In this document: one piece after another, positions 1 through 9,708 of the stretch | How the letters are laid out: each line of letters starts with the position of its first letter | Numbering within the stretch: the first letter of the stretch is position 1 | Assembly (NCBI GenBank): GCA_043754515.1 | Contig: JAYUUO010000183.1 | Span: 1-32,858 of the forward strand | Direction of reading: 5' to 3' | Source of the DNA: Armatimonadota bacterium | GTDB taxonomy: Bacteria > Armatimonadota > Armatimonadia > Armatimonadales > Armatimonadaceae | DNA: 32,858 bases | Position numbers and translations under genes: made by a program | Notes under the pieces: model-generated | What the model saw: only the letters and a program-made list of their open reading frames with translations | Databases searched by the model: none | Told to the model about the DNA's origin: nothing

Positions 1-662
1 TGTCTCCCCGCCCCCCCCCCCACGCCGGGGCGGTACCCGACGCGCACTGTCCGCGTTTCCGGCGTTTCCGAAGATAGCACCCGGCTCACAAGAGCAAACC
101 GGGCGGTGGATGACCGTTTGCCCCACACCTCGATCCGCAACTGGTCGCCGCTCGCGCCGGAGCGGAGACGCACGGGGAACGGATACGGGTTGACGACGCG
201 CAGGTCGAGGCTCGGATACGCGACGGCGGCGTCCCGCCCCGGCGCGACATAGTGCGGCGCGAACACGTGGTGGTGCCGCTCTGCGATTCCGAGGCCAGAC
301 AGAAGCGCGGCGTTATAAAGCGTGGTCGAGGTCTGGCACACGCCGCCCCCGAATGCCGGTACCAGCTCGCCGTCGAACGAGACGGGCGCGCGCACGAACC
401 CCCGATCCATGGACCAGCCGCGCACCACGCTGTTGAACGAGAGCGACGCGCCGGGCGCGATTACCGCACCGTTCAGCGAACGCGCGGCGAGTTCGGCGTT
501 GTGACGTTGTGCCCCCGACCGGCCTTCGAGCCGCGTCGCGAACGCGCCGAGACGCACTTCGGGCGGCGGAAGCACCGCGAGATACGCCACCCCCGCCGCG
601 CCAATTCCGAGTGCGCCGACTCCGATTAAACCCGCGATCAGGGATGATTTAAACGGGGTCAT
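1..662 (-). CDS. VanW-domain protein with N-terminal membrane anchor (3' end runs off the window)
   Basis: Not in the ORF track; translated by hand from the ATG at 662, which forms an ATGA overlap with the A2M stop: MTPFKSSLIAGLIGVGALGIGAAGVAYLAVLPP...RHNAELAARSLNGAVIAPGASLSFNSVVRGWSMDRGFVRAPVSFDGELVPAFGGGVCQTSTTLYNAALLSGLGIAERHHHVFAPHYVAPGRDAAVAYPSLDLRVVNPY. GGGVCQxSTTLYNAAL, ERHxH and PGRDAAV are VanW-family motifs. The frame stays open to the window edge. Confidence 0.88.
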   Translation of the reverse strand, partial: MTPFKSSLIAGLIGVGALGIGAAGVAYLAVLPPPEVRLGAFATRLEGRSGAQRHNAELAARSLNGAVIAPGASLSFNSVVRGWSMDRGFVRAPVSFDGELVPAFGGGVCQTSTTLYNAALLSGLGIAERHHHVFAPHYVAPGRDAAVAYPSLDLRVVNPYPFPVRLRSGASGDQLRIEVWGKRSSTARFALVSRVLSSETPETRTVRVGYRPGVGGGAGR

Positions 663-3600
663 GGGCGTATCTCCAGCGGCGTCGCGCCCGACTCGCCGTG
701 GAACCCGGCGTCGTACATTGCCTGCACCGAAGTCGGTAAGGCGCGGCAGGTGCCCGGCGTCTGCGCCCGCAGGTTGTACTCGATCACCTGTTTTCCCTTC
801 GGTATTTTTCGGGCGAAGAACGCGATCCGGTCGTCACGCACGTCCGTATGGTCGAACCAGAAGTAGCCCGCGTTCGCCGTCTGCTCCTCGTCCGCCGTGC
901 CGCGCTCCGTTACTTCCGCGCCGGACGGGAACGTGTCCTCGATCAGCACGTAGCTCGCGTCGCGCTCCGCCGTGATCGTCAGGCGCACCCGCAACCGGTC
1001 GCCTTGGTTGAAGCGGCCGTCCGTCACCGGCTCGGTAGCCAATCGCCACGCGTCAGCACCGACCTTGCGCGGCAAAACGCGGAGCAACTCGCGCCGCACC
1101 GTCACCCCGCGCCCCGTGATCGGTGGCAGTTCGGAGCCCGTCGGCGCGGAGACGGTTTGACGTAGGACGCCCGAGTAGAATATGGTCCCGCCCGCCGCGT
1201 CCGCGCCGCGCATAAACCGCACCGTGTTTGCACCGGGGCGCAGGGCGTCGGTCGGCAACGTGATCACGACTTCCTTCTCGCCGCGCGTGTCATTTGCCAG
1301 ATCTACCGTGTGCGCCGTCACGCCGTTGATCGTCACCGCCAGCGTCCCGGAGAGCGGCGCGGCGTCCGCTGGGTGCGTTTTCAGGTAGTCGCACAGCGCG
1401 ACCAGCACCCACGCCGTGTCGCGCGTGTCGCCGAAATAGCCGTCCGTGCGGCTCTGCATCAGGTAACGGAGCGTGGACCCGATACGCCCGTCGTCTTCCG
1501 AATGGATCGCGAGCAACACGCGGAGCGCGAGCGCGGTCGCCATCCGGTCGCTACAATCGTCGTATCGTTGCTTGCCGGGAAAAGCTGTCCAGTGGATCAG
1601 CCGCCCCTCGACCACCGCGCGGCGTTCCAGCTCGTCCGAGAACGGCCGGTAGTTCTCGCCGAGCCGGTCCCCGAGTAGCGAAAGGTAGGCGAGGGCGTCC
1701 GTCGGTAGTTTCGCCGGGATCAGCCCCGTGCGCTTCGCACTGTAGCGGAACGGCGCGTGGAGCAGACCCGTCTTCGCATCGTCGTACCCGGCGTTCGATA
1801 GCGCGTAGAGCAGGAACGGGCGGGCGCGAGGCGGGGCGGTGATCGCCATCGCCGCCGCCGCTTTCATCCCCCGCTCCATGAGCGCGTTGTCTACGGGATA
1901 GGACTGCGTCCGCGCGTTTGACAGGCCGACCAGCACGTACGCCGTCATAAAGGGGTCATCCTTGTCACTTTCCCACCAGCCCCAGCCGCCCGTTTCGGAG
2001 TGCTGGAACCGCGCCAGCCGCGCCAAACCGTCGCGCACCATTCGCGGCAGTTCCGCCGTTTTCGCCGGGTCGGTCACGCCGCCGAAGTCGCGCGCCAGCA
2101 AGTCGGGATAGAAGCGGCTCATCGTTTGCTCCGTGCAACCATATGGGAAGCCGACGAGATAATCCAGGCCGCCCCCGAGTGCGCCGCGAACGCCGGGTAG
2201 CACGCGCAGGGTCAGCCGCGTTTCGCGCGGCACGGCGGCCGCGTCAATGCGCAAGGTCAGCCGATCCGGTGTCACAGAGAGCGTGTCGGGCTGCGCATCC
2301 GTGGTTCCGGTGCCCGTTGCCGTATCGCCTTCTAGCATCCCGGCGAACGTGGTGAGTTCGATTCGCCCGTAGGCGCGGATCGGGAGCGTTTGCTCGACAC
2401 CGTCGGTGAACGATTCGCGGCCCGCCTCTTTCGGCGTCCATGCGGTCAGGCGGAGCGGGGCGTCCCCGGACGCGTTCGCGCTCGGCGTGACATCCCAATT
2501 CACCGTGCCGACTCCGCCCGATGCTACCTTAACGGACTGCGTCTCGGGACTTCCGGCCGCGAGCCGCAGGTTCGCGGCGACGAGCCGCACCTGTACCGAT
2601 TGCGCATTGCCCGTCTCATTGTGTACCAGCGCGGTGATGCGCGAGTTGTCCCCGCCGACCAGGTAGCGCGGCGTTTCGAGGCGCGCGAAGAACGGCTTCG
2701 ACGAGATCACTTTGGAGCGGGCGTACCCGACCGCCGTGTCGTCACTGACCGCCTTCACCGTCGCGCGCCAGGTCGTCAGGTTGTCCGGCAAGGTCACCGT
2801 GATGATAGCCGACCCGCTACTATCGGTCTGTCCCTCCGGCTCCCAGAACGCCGTGTCGCGGAACTTCGTTCGCGCCTTGATCTTCGGTTCCGCCTTCGAG
2901 ACGTCGCCGAGATACTCGACGCTGAACGAGAAGTTGGTGGAAACGCGGTTGTTACGCCGTGGATAGAAGGCGGTCCGGAGCGCGCCCGGCTCGTCCTCGC
3001 GCAGGGCGTAAATGGACTCGTCCACCACGCCGAGCGCGAAGTCGGAGGAGACGGGGCGGCCGGTCACTGCCTCCTTTGTTGTTACGGCATAGGTAACACG
3101 ATCGCCGGGGTGGTAGTGATCGCCGCCCACGGGACGCACCGATACCGCGAGTTGCCGCGCCGGGACGCTGACGCGGAGCGGTGCCTCGGACGTCGCGAAC
3201 CGCTTGTCACGCACGTAATTCGCGACCAGCGCGACGTTCGGACCCCACGCCGCTTCGATAAGAACCCTGACCACCGTGCTGTGTTTGCGGAGCGGGACGC
3301 TGATCACGTGGTACACACGGTCGCCCTCGACGCAGAGCAGAGCGGTTTGCCCGACCCGTGACGCGTTAATCAGCACCCGCGCCGTGTCGCCGGGGGCGTA
3401 GTGCCGCTTGTCGGTCAGGAGCGACAGGTCGCCGTAGTCGGTGTCGAGATCGTCGCCCTTATCGCCCGCCGCCCACAGACTGCCCTCCGCGCGTATCGCG
3501 CGGCCGCCGCTATCCGTGGCAACCGCGACGAGCCGTATCTCGCCGGTGCGCGGCGGCGTGATGGAGAGAATCGCCCGCCCGTCGGGGCCGGTAGTCGCGG

Positions 3601-5749
3601 TCCGCGCGCCGCCGAACGGGCGCGTGGTGCTCTCCTTCTTTTTGGCGTTCCACTCGTCATAAGTGGTCGTGAGCGTGACCACGGTTCCGGGCACGGGGTT
3701 CTTGCGCGGGTCGCGGACGGTGACGAAAATCTGGCTCGCCTCGCCGGGCGTCGCCACATATCCCTCGGGCGCGACACTTACCGACAGGTCGCCCGCCGCG
3801 ACCGTGGCCGCGCCCTCGCCGGAGACGGACCGCTTCGATTCATCAACGACTTCGGCACTCAGCGTGTACGTTTCCGACTGCGGAATAGCCTCGTCCGACG
3901 CGCCACTCTTTTTGTCCGCCTTGTCCGCCTCTTTCGCGCCGGGGTGCCGGATGTCGGTGCGCACCCGCACTACCGTTTTGCCGTTCTCGTCCAGGGTCGC
4001 CTCGCCCTCGCCGACCGACTCGCCGTAGTAGGCGTTGTAGGCTTTATCGTGGTACGAGGCGCCGCTCTCCTCGTCGCTGACGTTGGTGTCCCCGGCGTCC
4101 TCGGACAGGTTGCCGAACTCCGACGACCAGTCCGCGTCCCGGTAGACGCTATACTTGACCTTCGCCCCCGCGACCGGTGCCCCGAAATAGTAGGTGCCGC
4201 TGAGTGCCATCTCCACCGTTTCGCCGCGCGTGTACCGCGCTTTCGTCGGCGTGACAGTGACCGCGAACTCCGGCTTTCGGTACGCGGCGACCGCGATTTC
4301 CGTCGTCTCCGGTTTGCCAGCAATCGTGGTCACAAGCGTGTAGGAGCCGGTCGCGCCCTCGGGACTCAACCCGATAGTTCCGCTGAATGTGCCACGCCCG
4401 CCGGTGACCTTCTCCTCTCGTACCACTAAACCGCCCGTGGCGTCGCGCACCTCGACCGACACCGGAACGCCGCGCGGGACGCGGTAGCCGTGTGACCCGT
4501 CCGCGCCGTCCTGCCGCGCGCGCGTGATCCCCTTGTACTGGATCGTGTCGCCGGGGCGGTACACGGTGCGATCCGTGACGACGTGCGTGACGTAACCGTT
4601 CCGGCTGTCATCGCCGCTCCCGCTCCCGCCGCCGTTCACCACCGCCTCGTCATCGCCGAGCGTCGCCATCGTCAGCGTCGGCGTGTCATTCTCGGCGTCC
4701 CCGGCGTCCCCGTTGGGGTTGGCGCGAAGGGCGGTCGGAAGCGCGAGCCGCGTCACGCCGTCCGCGTCGGTCTGGCCCGAGGCGAGGGTACGGCCCTTGC
4801 GCAGGACGCGAACCGTGGCTTTCACGACGGGCGTTCCGCGCTCCAGTCGCGCGACGTAGGCGACGACCTCGCCGGGCGACTTTTTCACCACCAGCGCGAG
4901 GTTCGTCACCAGCACGTAGGAACACGAGGAGAACTTGCCGTAGCCGAAGCGCGCCAGATACAGGCCGGGTTTGCCCTGCGCGACGCTGAGCGGCAAGTGG
5001 TAAGCAAAAAAGCCCTCCCGGTCGGCGTCCTTGATCGGCATCGTTCCGCTGAAAACGGGCACGGGCGGCTCCGCCTCGCCCTTCACGGGGTGTAGCAACG
5101 CGGGGTCGAGCGTGTCCTGATTGCCGTTGTAGGAGTAGCGCAACTTGTCGAGAGCGGCGGACGCGTCCCCGCGCTTGAGCACTTCGGAGAGCCGCGTCCG
5201 CCATATTTTAACCTGCATCACGGCGGGCGTGGGGTTCGCGGACGGCTTCGGGAGCGTCGTGTAGCCGCGTAGGGGCAGGAACGGAGCCTCGCTCGTCGCG
5301 AACGTCGCCTGGTGATCACCCACGCTCAGGTCCGGCTCCGAGCGGGCGAGACGGAGCATCGCCGCCGCCGTGTGCCCTTCCTGGACAGACACCTGAACAC
5401 CCTTCGCCGAGTGCCAGCGCGAGGACGCCGACAGCGAGTACGTTCCGGCGGGCACGCCTTTGAGCGAGAAACGGCCCGTGCTATCGGTCACGGCGTGCCG
5501 CCGCTCCCGCGCCTCGCCGCGCCCTTTGCGGGCACCGAACTCGGAGGGCAGGGCGTCCCCGCTCTCATCCGGAGTGGACGGTGTCAGGTAAACGTCGCAA
5601 CGCGCGAACGGCTTGTTGTCGGCGTCGCTCAACACGGTGGTGCCAGTGACGCCGCCGCGCGGCGTTTCGGAGCCGATCAAATACGCCCACGCGGAACCGA
5701 TCAGAAGCAGGGTGAGGAGCGACGCGGCGGGGAAGGGGCGCGGGTTCAT
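659..5749 (-). CDS. Bacterial alpha-2-macroglobulin family protein (MG domains, thioester domain), 1696 aa
   Basis: TDRTVYRPGDT (MG2-like), AYRKPEFAV, FRDTAFW, LPDNLTTWRAT, intact thioester motif FPYGCTEQ (nt 2126-2140), GGWGWW, and C-terminal DVRDDRIAFF...QAMYD. Has an N-terminal hydrophobic anchor and a carboxypeptidase-regulatory-like beta module (TDSTGRFSLKGVPAGTYSLSAS). Confidence 0.95.
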   Translation of the reverse strand: MNPRPFPAASLLTLLLIGSAWAYLIGSETPRGGVTGTTVLSDADNKPFARCDVYLTPSTPDESGDALPSEFGARKGRGEARERRHAVTDSTGRFSLKGVPAGTYSLSASSRWHSAKGVQVSVQEGHTAAAMLRLARSEPDLSVGDHQATFATSEAPFLPLRGYTTLPKPSANPTPAVMQVKIWRTRLSEVLKRGDASAALDKLRYSYNGNQDTLDPALLHPVKGEAEPPVPVFSGTMPIKDADREGFFAYHLPLSVAQGKPGLYLARFGYGKFSSCSYVLVTNLALVVKKSPGEVVAYVARLERGTPVVKATVRVLRKGRTLASGQTDADGVTRLALPTALRANPNGDAGDAENDTPTLTMATLGDDEAVVNGGGSGSGDDSRNGYVTHVVTDRTVYRPGDTIQYKGITRARQDGADGSHGYRVPRGVPVSVEVRDATGGLVVREEKVTGGRGTFSGTIGLSPEGATGSYTLVTTIAGKPETTEIAVAAYRKPEFAVTVTPTKARYTRGETVEMALSGTYYFGAPVAGAKVKYSVYRDADWSSEFGNLSEDAGDTNVSDEESGASYHDKAYNAYYGESVGEGEATLDENGKTVVRVRTDIRHPGAKEADKADKKSGASDEAIPQSETYTLSAEVVDESKRSVSGEGAATVAAGDLSVSVAPEGYVATPGEASQIFVTVRDPRKNPVPGTVVTLTTTYDEWNAKKKESTTRPFGGARTATTGPDGRAILSITPPRTGEIRLVAVATDSGGRAIRAEGSLWAAGDKGDDLDTDYGDLSLLTDKRHYAPGDTARVLINASRVGQTALLCVEGDRVYHVISVPLRKHSTVVRVLIEAAWGPNVALVANYVRDKRFATSEAPLRVSVPARQLAVSVRPVGGDHYHPGDRVTYAVTTKEAVTGRPVSSDFALGVVDESIYALREDEPGALRTAFYPRRNNRVSTNFSFSVEYLGDVSKAEPKIKARTKFRDTAFWEPEGQTDSSGSAIITVTLPDNLTTWRATVKAVSDDTAVGYARSKVISSKPFFARLETPRYLVGGDNSRITALVHNETGNAQSVQVRLVAANLRLAAGSPETQSVKVASGGVGTVNWDVTPSANASGDAPLRLTAWTPKEAGRESFTDGVEQTLPIRAYGRIELTTFAGMLEGDTATGTGTTDAQPDTLSVTPDRLTLRIDAAAVPRETRLTLRVLPGVRGALGGGLDYLVGFPYGCTEQTMSRFYPDLLARDFGGVTDPAKTAELPRMVRDGLARLARFQHSETGGWGWWESDKDDPFMTAYVLVGLSNARTQSYPVDNALMERGMKAAAAMAITAPPRARPFLLYALSNAGYDDAKTGLLHAPFRYSAKRTGLIPAKLPTDALAYLSLLGDRLGENYRPFSDELERRAVVEGRLIHWTAFPGKQRYDDCSDRMATALALRVLLAIHSEDDGRIGSTLRYLMQSRTDGYFGDTRDTAWVLVALCDYLKTHPADAAPLSGTLAVTINGVTAHTVDLANDTRGEKEVVITLPTDALRPGANTVRFMRGADAAGGTIFYSGVLRQTVSAPTGSELPPITGRGVTVRRELLRVLPRKVGADAWRLATEPVTDGRFNQGDRLRVRLTITAERDASYVLIEDTFPSGAEVTERGTADEEQTANAGYFWFDHTDVRDDRIAFFARKIPKGKQVIEYNLRAQTPGTCRALPTSVQAMYDAGFHGESGATPLEIRP

Positions 5750-7392
5750 TCGGCGGCACCCATGCCCTTCGCATCGCCGCTGATTGTTGCCGTCTCGCCG
5801 CTCCCCACACGGTTCGCGGCGATAACCGCGACCACCACCGCCGACAGGATGAAGGCGAGATAGCGCATCTTATCGGCGCGGGTCAGCGTTTCGGCGGGCA
5901 ATATCCGCCCGGCAAACTGATCCAGTGCCAGCGCGATCCCGACCGCGAGTAGCCCCGGAAGTAGCGAGGCTCCCCCCGACAGTAGCGGAATCGCCCCGAC
6001 CGCGAGGCCGATCAGAAGCGCGACCGCGCTCTTCGCGCCGAACAGCACGAGCACTGCGGCGGGCGACGCCAGTACCAGCACCGCGCACGCGGCGAGTGCT
6101 CCGACCCCCGCGCCGCCGTTCGCCACCGTCCCGCCCTTAAACCGCGCGGGAAGCATCGCCAGCAGACCCGGCAACGCCGCGCCGACGAGCAGGCCGAACA
6201 GCGCGTACTGATCCGCCAGATTCACCCCGCGCAGATCACCCGACCAGCGCGTGACGAAAAACCGCCACAGGAGCAGGAGCGTCGCGAACAGGAGCAGACC
6301 GACCGCGCCGTTCCGCGCGGCCTGATCCGGTTCCGGCTCCGTCGCCGCGCCGCCACGGGGGGCGTGTGAAAGAGCCAGTGTCGCGGGGTAGGCGAGGAAC
6401 AGTGCCAGCGTCCCGACCGCCGCCCCGACCCCCTGGAGCGTCTGCAAAGCGGCGAGGAACCCGCTCGTTATTAGAAGCACGGAAAGGAGCGGGGCGGAAA
6501 GCGTCGGCGTTGCGGGAATGGTGTTGCCGCGCCCTTCGCGTTGCACCGCCAGCACTACTACCCAGAGGAGTAGCCCGCCGATGCCCGGTAGCGCGAGCGT
6601 CGCGGTGTCCGTGACCTTCGCCGCGCACTCGTAGAGAGCCAGCCCACCGATCCCCACCAGTACCATCAGCGGGATCATCCGACCGTATTGACCACCGGCT
6701 CGCTCCAATGGAAGCAGGTGAGTACCGACGACCAGTAACGCGCCGAACGCGGCGAAGGAGAGGAGCACCGCGCTCCAGGTCAGTTTGGCGAGTTCGGGAG
6801 TCAACGGGTCGCGGAAAACGCCCAAGCCCGCGCCCGCCGCCAGCACCGCCATCATGCCGAGTCCCGCCGCGATCCGCCGCCCTGTCTCGCCCTGCCGCGC
6901 CGCGTGGGAGAGTCCGAGTAGAAGCGCGAACCCGGAGCAGAAGCCGCCGATAGCGACCCCCATCAGGGCGTCATGGAGCGACTGGCGCAGGAACAATAGG
7001 GCGAGCGCGACGGCCACGATCCCCGCGCCGTAAAACGCGGTGAGCGCGATCACGGGCGAGGCGACGGTCGCGTCCGCGCCGTTACGGGCGCGGCGCGGCA
7101 GGAGCAGGTCGGCGCACGCGGCGAGCACGGCGACCCCACCGATCAGGAAGCCAATGCCGAGCCGTTGCCCGTCATGGAACACCACACCGTACGTGGCGGG
7201 TAGCGTTAGCAGGAGTCCGGCGAGCGGAGCGAACAGCGCGACGTTCCGTAGCACCGGGTGCGGCGCGTCGTCGCTCTCGACCGCCGACACGGAACCCGTC
7301 GCGACGCCGGACTCGCCGCGACGCGGCAGGAACCGGCACAGAAGCAACATAACACCCGTCGCCAGCGACGCCCACAAGAGAACATGCTCCAT
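5746..7392 (-). CDS. Polytopic integral membrane protein of unknown function, 548 aa
   Basis: Long ORF with roughly 15 or more hydrophobic segments. Its stop overlaps the A2M start (ATGA at 5746-5749). Confidence 0.8.
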   Translation of the reverse strand: MEHVLLWASLATGVMLLLCRFLPRRGESGVATGSVSAVESDDAPHPVLRNVALFAPLAGLLLTLPATYGVVFHDGQRLGIGFLIGGVAVLAACADLLLPRRARNGADATVASPVIALTAFYGAGIVAVALALLFLRQSLHDALMGVAIGGFCSGFALLLGLSHAARQGETGRRIAAGLGMMAVLAAGAGLGVFRDPLTPELAKLTWSAVLLSFAAFGALLVVGTHLLPLERAGGQYGRMIPLMVLVGIGGLALYECAAKVTDTATLALPGIGGLLLWVVVLAVQREGRGNTIPATPTLSAPLLSVLLITSGFLAALQTLQGVGAAVGTLALFLAYPATLALSHAPRGGAATEPEPDQAARNGAVGLLLFATLLLLWRFFVTRWSGDLRGVNLADQYALFGLLVGAALPGLLAMLPARFKGGTVANGGAGVGALAACAVLVLASPAAVLVLFGAKSAVALLIGLAVGAIPLLSGGASLLPGLLAVGIALALDQFAGRILPAETLTRADKMRYLAFILSAVVVAVIAANRVGSGETATISGDAKGMGAAE

Positions 7393-7439
7393 CGGACAAA
7401 CCCTTTGCTCGAAAAACCAGGAAGTGTTATTGTTAGACT

Positions 7440-7824
7440 CCGAAGCGGAGGGAACGCTTCATCGTGTTTTTAGAGGCACTCTCCTTCGGAGCCTGTAGAC
7501 GTGCGGTCGCAGACCCGCGTTATGAGGCGGGCATCGGCGATAAAATAATAGGTGGGATAATCCCAAATGCTGGTATAGCCCCCAACAAAAATTGGCGGTG
7601 TGCTCTCGCTTGTCGCGGGGCAGGTCCGCGCCTTGACGACGACGCATGGCACAACGAGCAACGTCTATGGCGTGGATGTCGAGCCGGTTCCGCTCGCGGA
7701 CAACCCGTCCCATGCGGAGATATTCGGGCGTCCGCCGTTCGACACGGACAAAACCTTTGACCGGATTAAACAGGCATTGGCTCGGATCGCCACGCTGACG
7801 CTCCGGCCAGATGTTTTGGGTTAA
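7440..7824 (+). pseudogene. Degraded remnant of a small hypothetical gene; only the 3' part (7579-7824) is open
   Basis: The open segment IGGVLSLVAGQVRAL...VDVEPVPLADNPSHAEIFGRPPF...FDRIKQALARIA is protein-like and resembles the C-terminal half of small hypothetical proteins with a 'P...DNPxHAEI' motif (from memory). Upstream, this frame has stops (TAG 7576, TAA 7558) and no RBS/start. Confidence 0.35.
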
Positions 7825-8083
7825 TAAATATAACGAGTCCAAGAATAAGCCGTCTTTATTAACTTCTTTTTCAGAAACCCCCCGTAAAATAGGAAAGGTG
7901 CGGACACAACCACCACCGATAGGCGCGAATCGGTTTCCGAAGGATACAATCGTTTGAGAAAAGGCGCGAAATTTCCCTTAAACCCTGAACATCCATGCCG
8001 GAAGGTGCGTCTGCAAGGACATAGGGCGGAATGTCCCGTCTGGTTGCCGTCACGCGACCTTGATGTCGTTCGGAGAAATTATT

Positions 8084-8287
8084 ATGAAGCTACTTTGCTA
8101 CTCACTACTCGTCGCAATCGCGTTCGTCGCTACCTATCAGCAGCCCGCGCACGCGTATCTCGATCCTGGTACCGGCAGCTACACCGCGCAGGTGATCCTC
8201 GCGGGCGCGCTGGTCGGCGTGTTCAGCCTACGCTCGTTCCTGATACGCGTTGGCCAGAGCGTCACCCGCCTCTTTCAGACACGTTAG
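8084..8287 (+). CDS. Small secreted/membrane peptide with AHA|YLDPGTGS motif, 67 aa
   Basis: RBS GGAGA at 8072-8076 and ATG at 8084. Signal-peptide-like MKLLCYSLLVAIAFVATYQQPAHA, then YLDPGTGS, a TM helix and a basic tail. Confidence 0.8.
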   Translation: MKLLCYSLLVAIAFVATYQQPAHAYLDPGTGSYTAQVILAGALVGVFSLRSFLIRVGQSVTRLFQTR

Positions 8288-8301
8288 TCGTATCACTAGC
8301 A

Positions 8302-9708
8302 ATGCTACCTAATACGCCGTTATGCGGCTCTAAAAACGATGCGGTGGGCGAAGAGCCACTACCCGCCTCGTTCCGCGACCCGTCCGGCTACGTGTTCCGG
8401 GACAAAGGCGAGATATTCCGCCGCGTCGCGCCCACATACGATCCTGACTACCGCCGACTGATGGACTCCGGGCTGTACGGCGTGTTGACCGGCGCGGGCT
8501 TGCTGATTCCGCACGAGGAGCGGGGCGGGGGCGTGTTGCATCCCCGCCAGCTCGCGTTCGTGTCGTACCCGTACGAGTGGAGTTTCGGGCAGTGGAAGGA
8601 CGCCGCACTCGCGACGCTCGCCGTTCAGGAACGTGCGCTCGACTTCGGGATGACGCTCAAAGATGCCAGTGCGTTCAACATGCAGTTCGACGCGGGCAAG
8701 CCGCTCCTGATTGACACGCTCTCGTTCGAAACGTACCGGGAGGGGGAGCCGTGGGTCGGCTACCGGCAGTTCTGCGAGCACTTCCTCGCGCCGCTCGCGC
8801 TAATGGCGCGTTGCGACGCGCGGCTCGGCGACTGGATGCGCGTTCATCTCGATGGCATCCCGCTCGATCTCGCGACGCGGCTACTGCCCTGGTCGTGTCG
8901 GCTTAACCCGTTCCTGTTCGCGCACCTGTACATGCAGTCGCACCTGCAAAAACGGGGCAACGGCGGGGCGAAAAAAACCGCCCCGGCGACGTCCGCCTCG
9001 GTGTCGCTCGCGGGGTTACGCGCCCTGCTCGAAAGTCTGGGCGGCGCGGTGAACGGACTACGCTGGGAGCCGTCAGGCACCACGTGGGGCGATTACTACG
9101 ATGACACCAATTACTCGCCCGCCGCGATGACCGCGAAGGAGTCATTGGTGAGTGAGTTTCTGGACGTGATGGGCGACATTCGCAGTTTGTGGGACTTCGG
9201 GGCGAACGACGCCCGGTTCAGCCGCCTCGCCAGCGTGCGTGGAATACAGACCGTCGCCTTCGACATGGACCCGGCGGCGGTGGAAAAGGCGTACCGCGCG
9301 GTGCGCCAGCGCGGCGAGACCCATCTGCTTCCGCTCCGCCTCGACCTGATGAACCCCAGCACCGACAGCGGCTGGGCGCAACGGGAGCGGATGTCGCTCG
9401 TGGCGCGGGGTCCCGCGGACGCCGTATTCGCGCTCGCGCTCGTGCATCACCTCGCCATCGGGAACAACGTCCCGCTGACCCGTATCGCCGACTTCTTCGC
9501 GCAAACCACACGCCGGTGGCTGGTCGCCGAGTTCGTGTCGAAAGAGGATGGGCAGGCGCAACGGCTCCTGAGGGATCGCCGCGATATATTTCACGACTAC
9601 CGCGGAGACTGCTTCGAAGCGGCACTCACGCGCCACTTTCGAATAGCGCGGGCGGAGCCGATTCCGGGCACGGTCCGCGTTCTCTATCTGCTGGAAAAAC
9701 GGACATGA
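8302..9708 (+). CDS. NoeA-like protein: N-terminal kinase-like domain plus C-terminal class I SAM-dependent methyltransferase
   Basis: SFRDPSGYVF, SYPYEWSF, LKDASAFNMQF, LIDTLSF and YRQFCEHFLAPL in the N-terminal part; WGDYY, WDFGANDARFS (SAM motif I), AFDMD and ALALVHHLAI in the C-terminal part. The track start at 7954 overlaps the small gene; ATG 8302 or GTG 8344 is more likely. Confidence 0.85.
   Translation: MLPNTPLCGSKNDAVGEEPLPASFRDPSGYVFRDKGEIFRRVAPTYDPDYRRLMDSGLYGVLTGAGLLIPHEERGGGVLHPRQLAFVSYPYEWSFGQWKDAALATLAVQERALDFGMTLKDASAFNMQFDAGKPLLIDTLSFETYREGEPWVGYRQFCEHFLAPLALMARCDARLGDWMRVHLDGIPLDLATRLLPWSCRLNPFLFAHLYMQSHLQKRGNGGAKKTAPATSASVSLAGLRALLESLGGAVNGLRWEPSGTTWGDYYDDTNYSPAAMTAKESLVSEFLDVMGDIRSLWDFGANDARFSRLASVRGIQTVAFDMDPAAVEKAYRAVRQRGETHLLPLRLDLMNPSTDSGWAQRERMSLVARGPADAVFALALVHHLAIGNNVPLTRIADFFAQTTRRWLVAEFVSKEDGQAQRLLRDRRDIFHDYRGDCFEAALTRHFRIARAEPIPGTVRVLYLLEKRT

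Noticed and set aside
1..662. Vancomycin-resistance locus
   Set aside because: VanW domains are widespread outside van clusters, and no vanA/B/H/X/R/S genes are present.
7954..8301. N-terminal extension of the 584-aa track ORF; likewise the 9189 and 12178 starts
   Set aside because: These extensions overlap better-supported genes and are Arg-rich shadow sequence. RBS or ATGA-overlap evidence favours starts at about 8302, 9705 and 12520.
8302..9708. Nodulation function
   Set aside because: Only family-level resemblance to NoeA; there are no nodABC genes and the context is envelope glycan modification.
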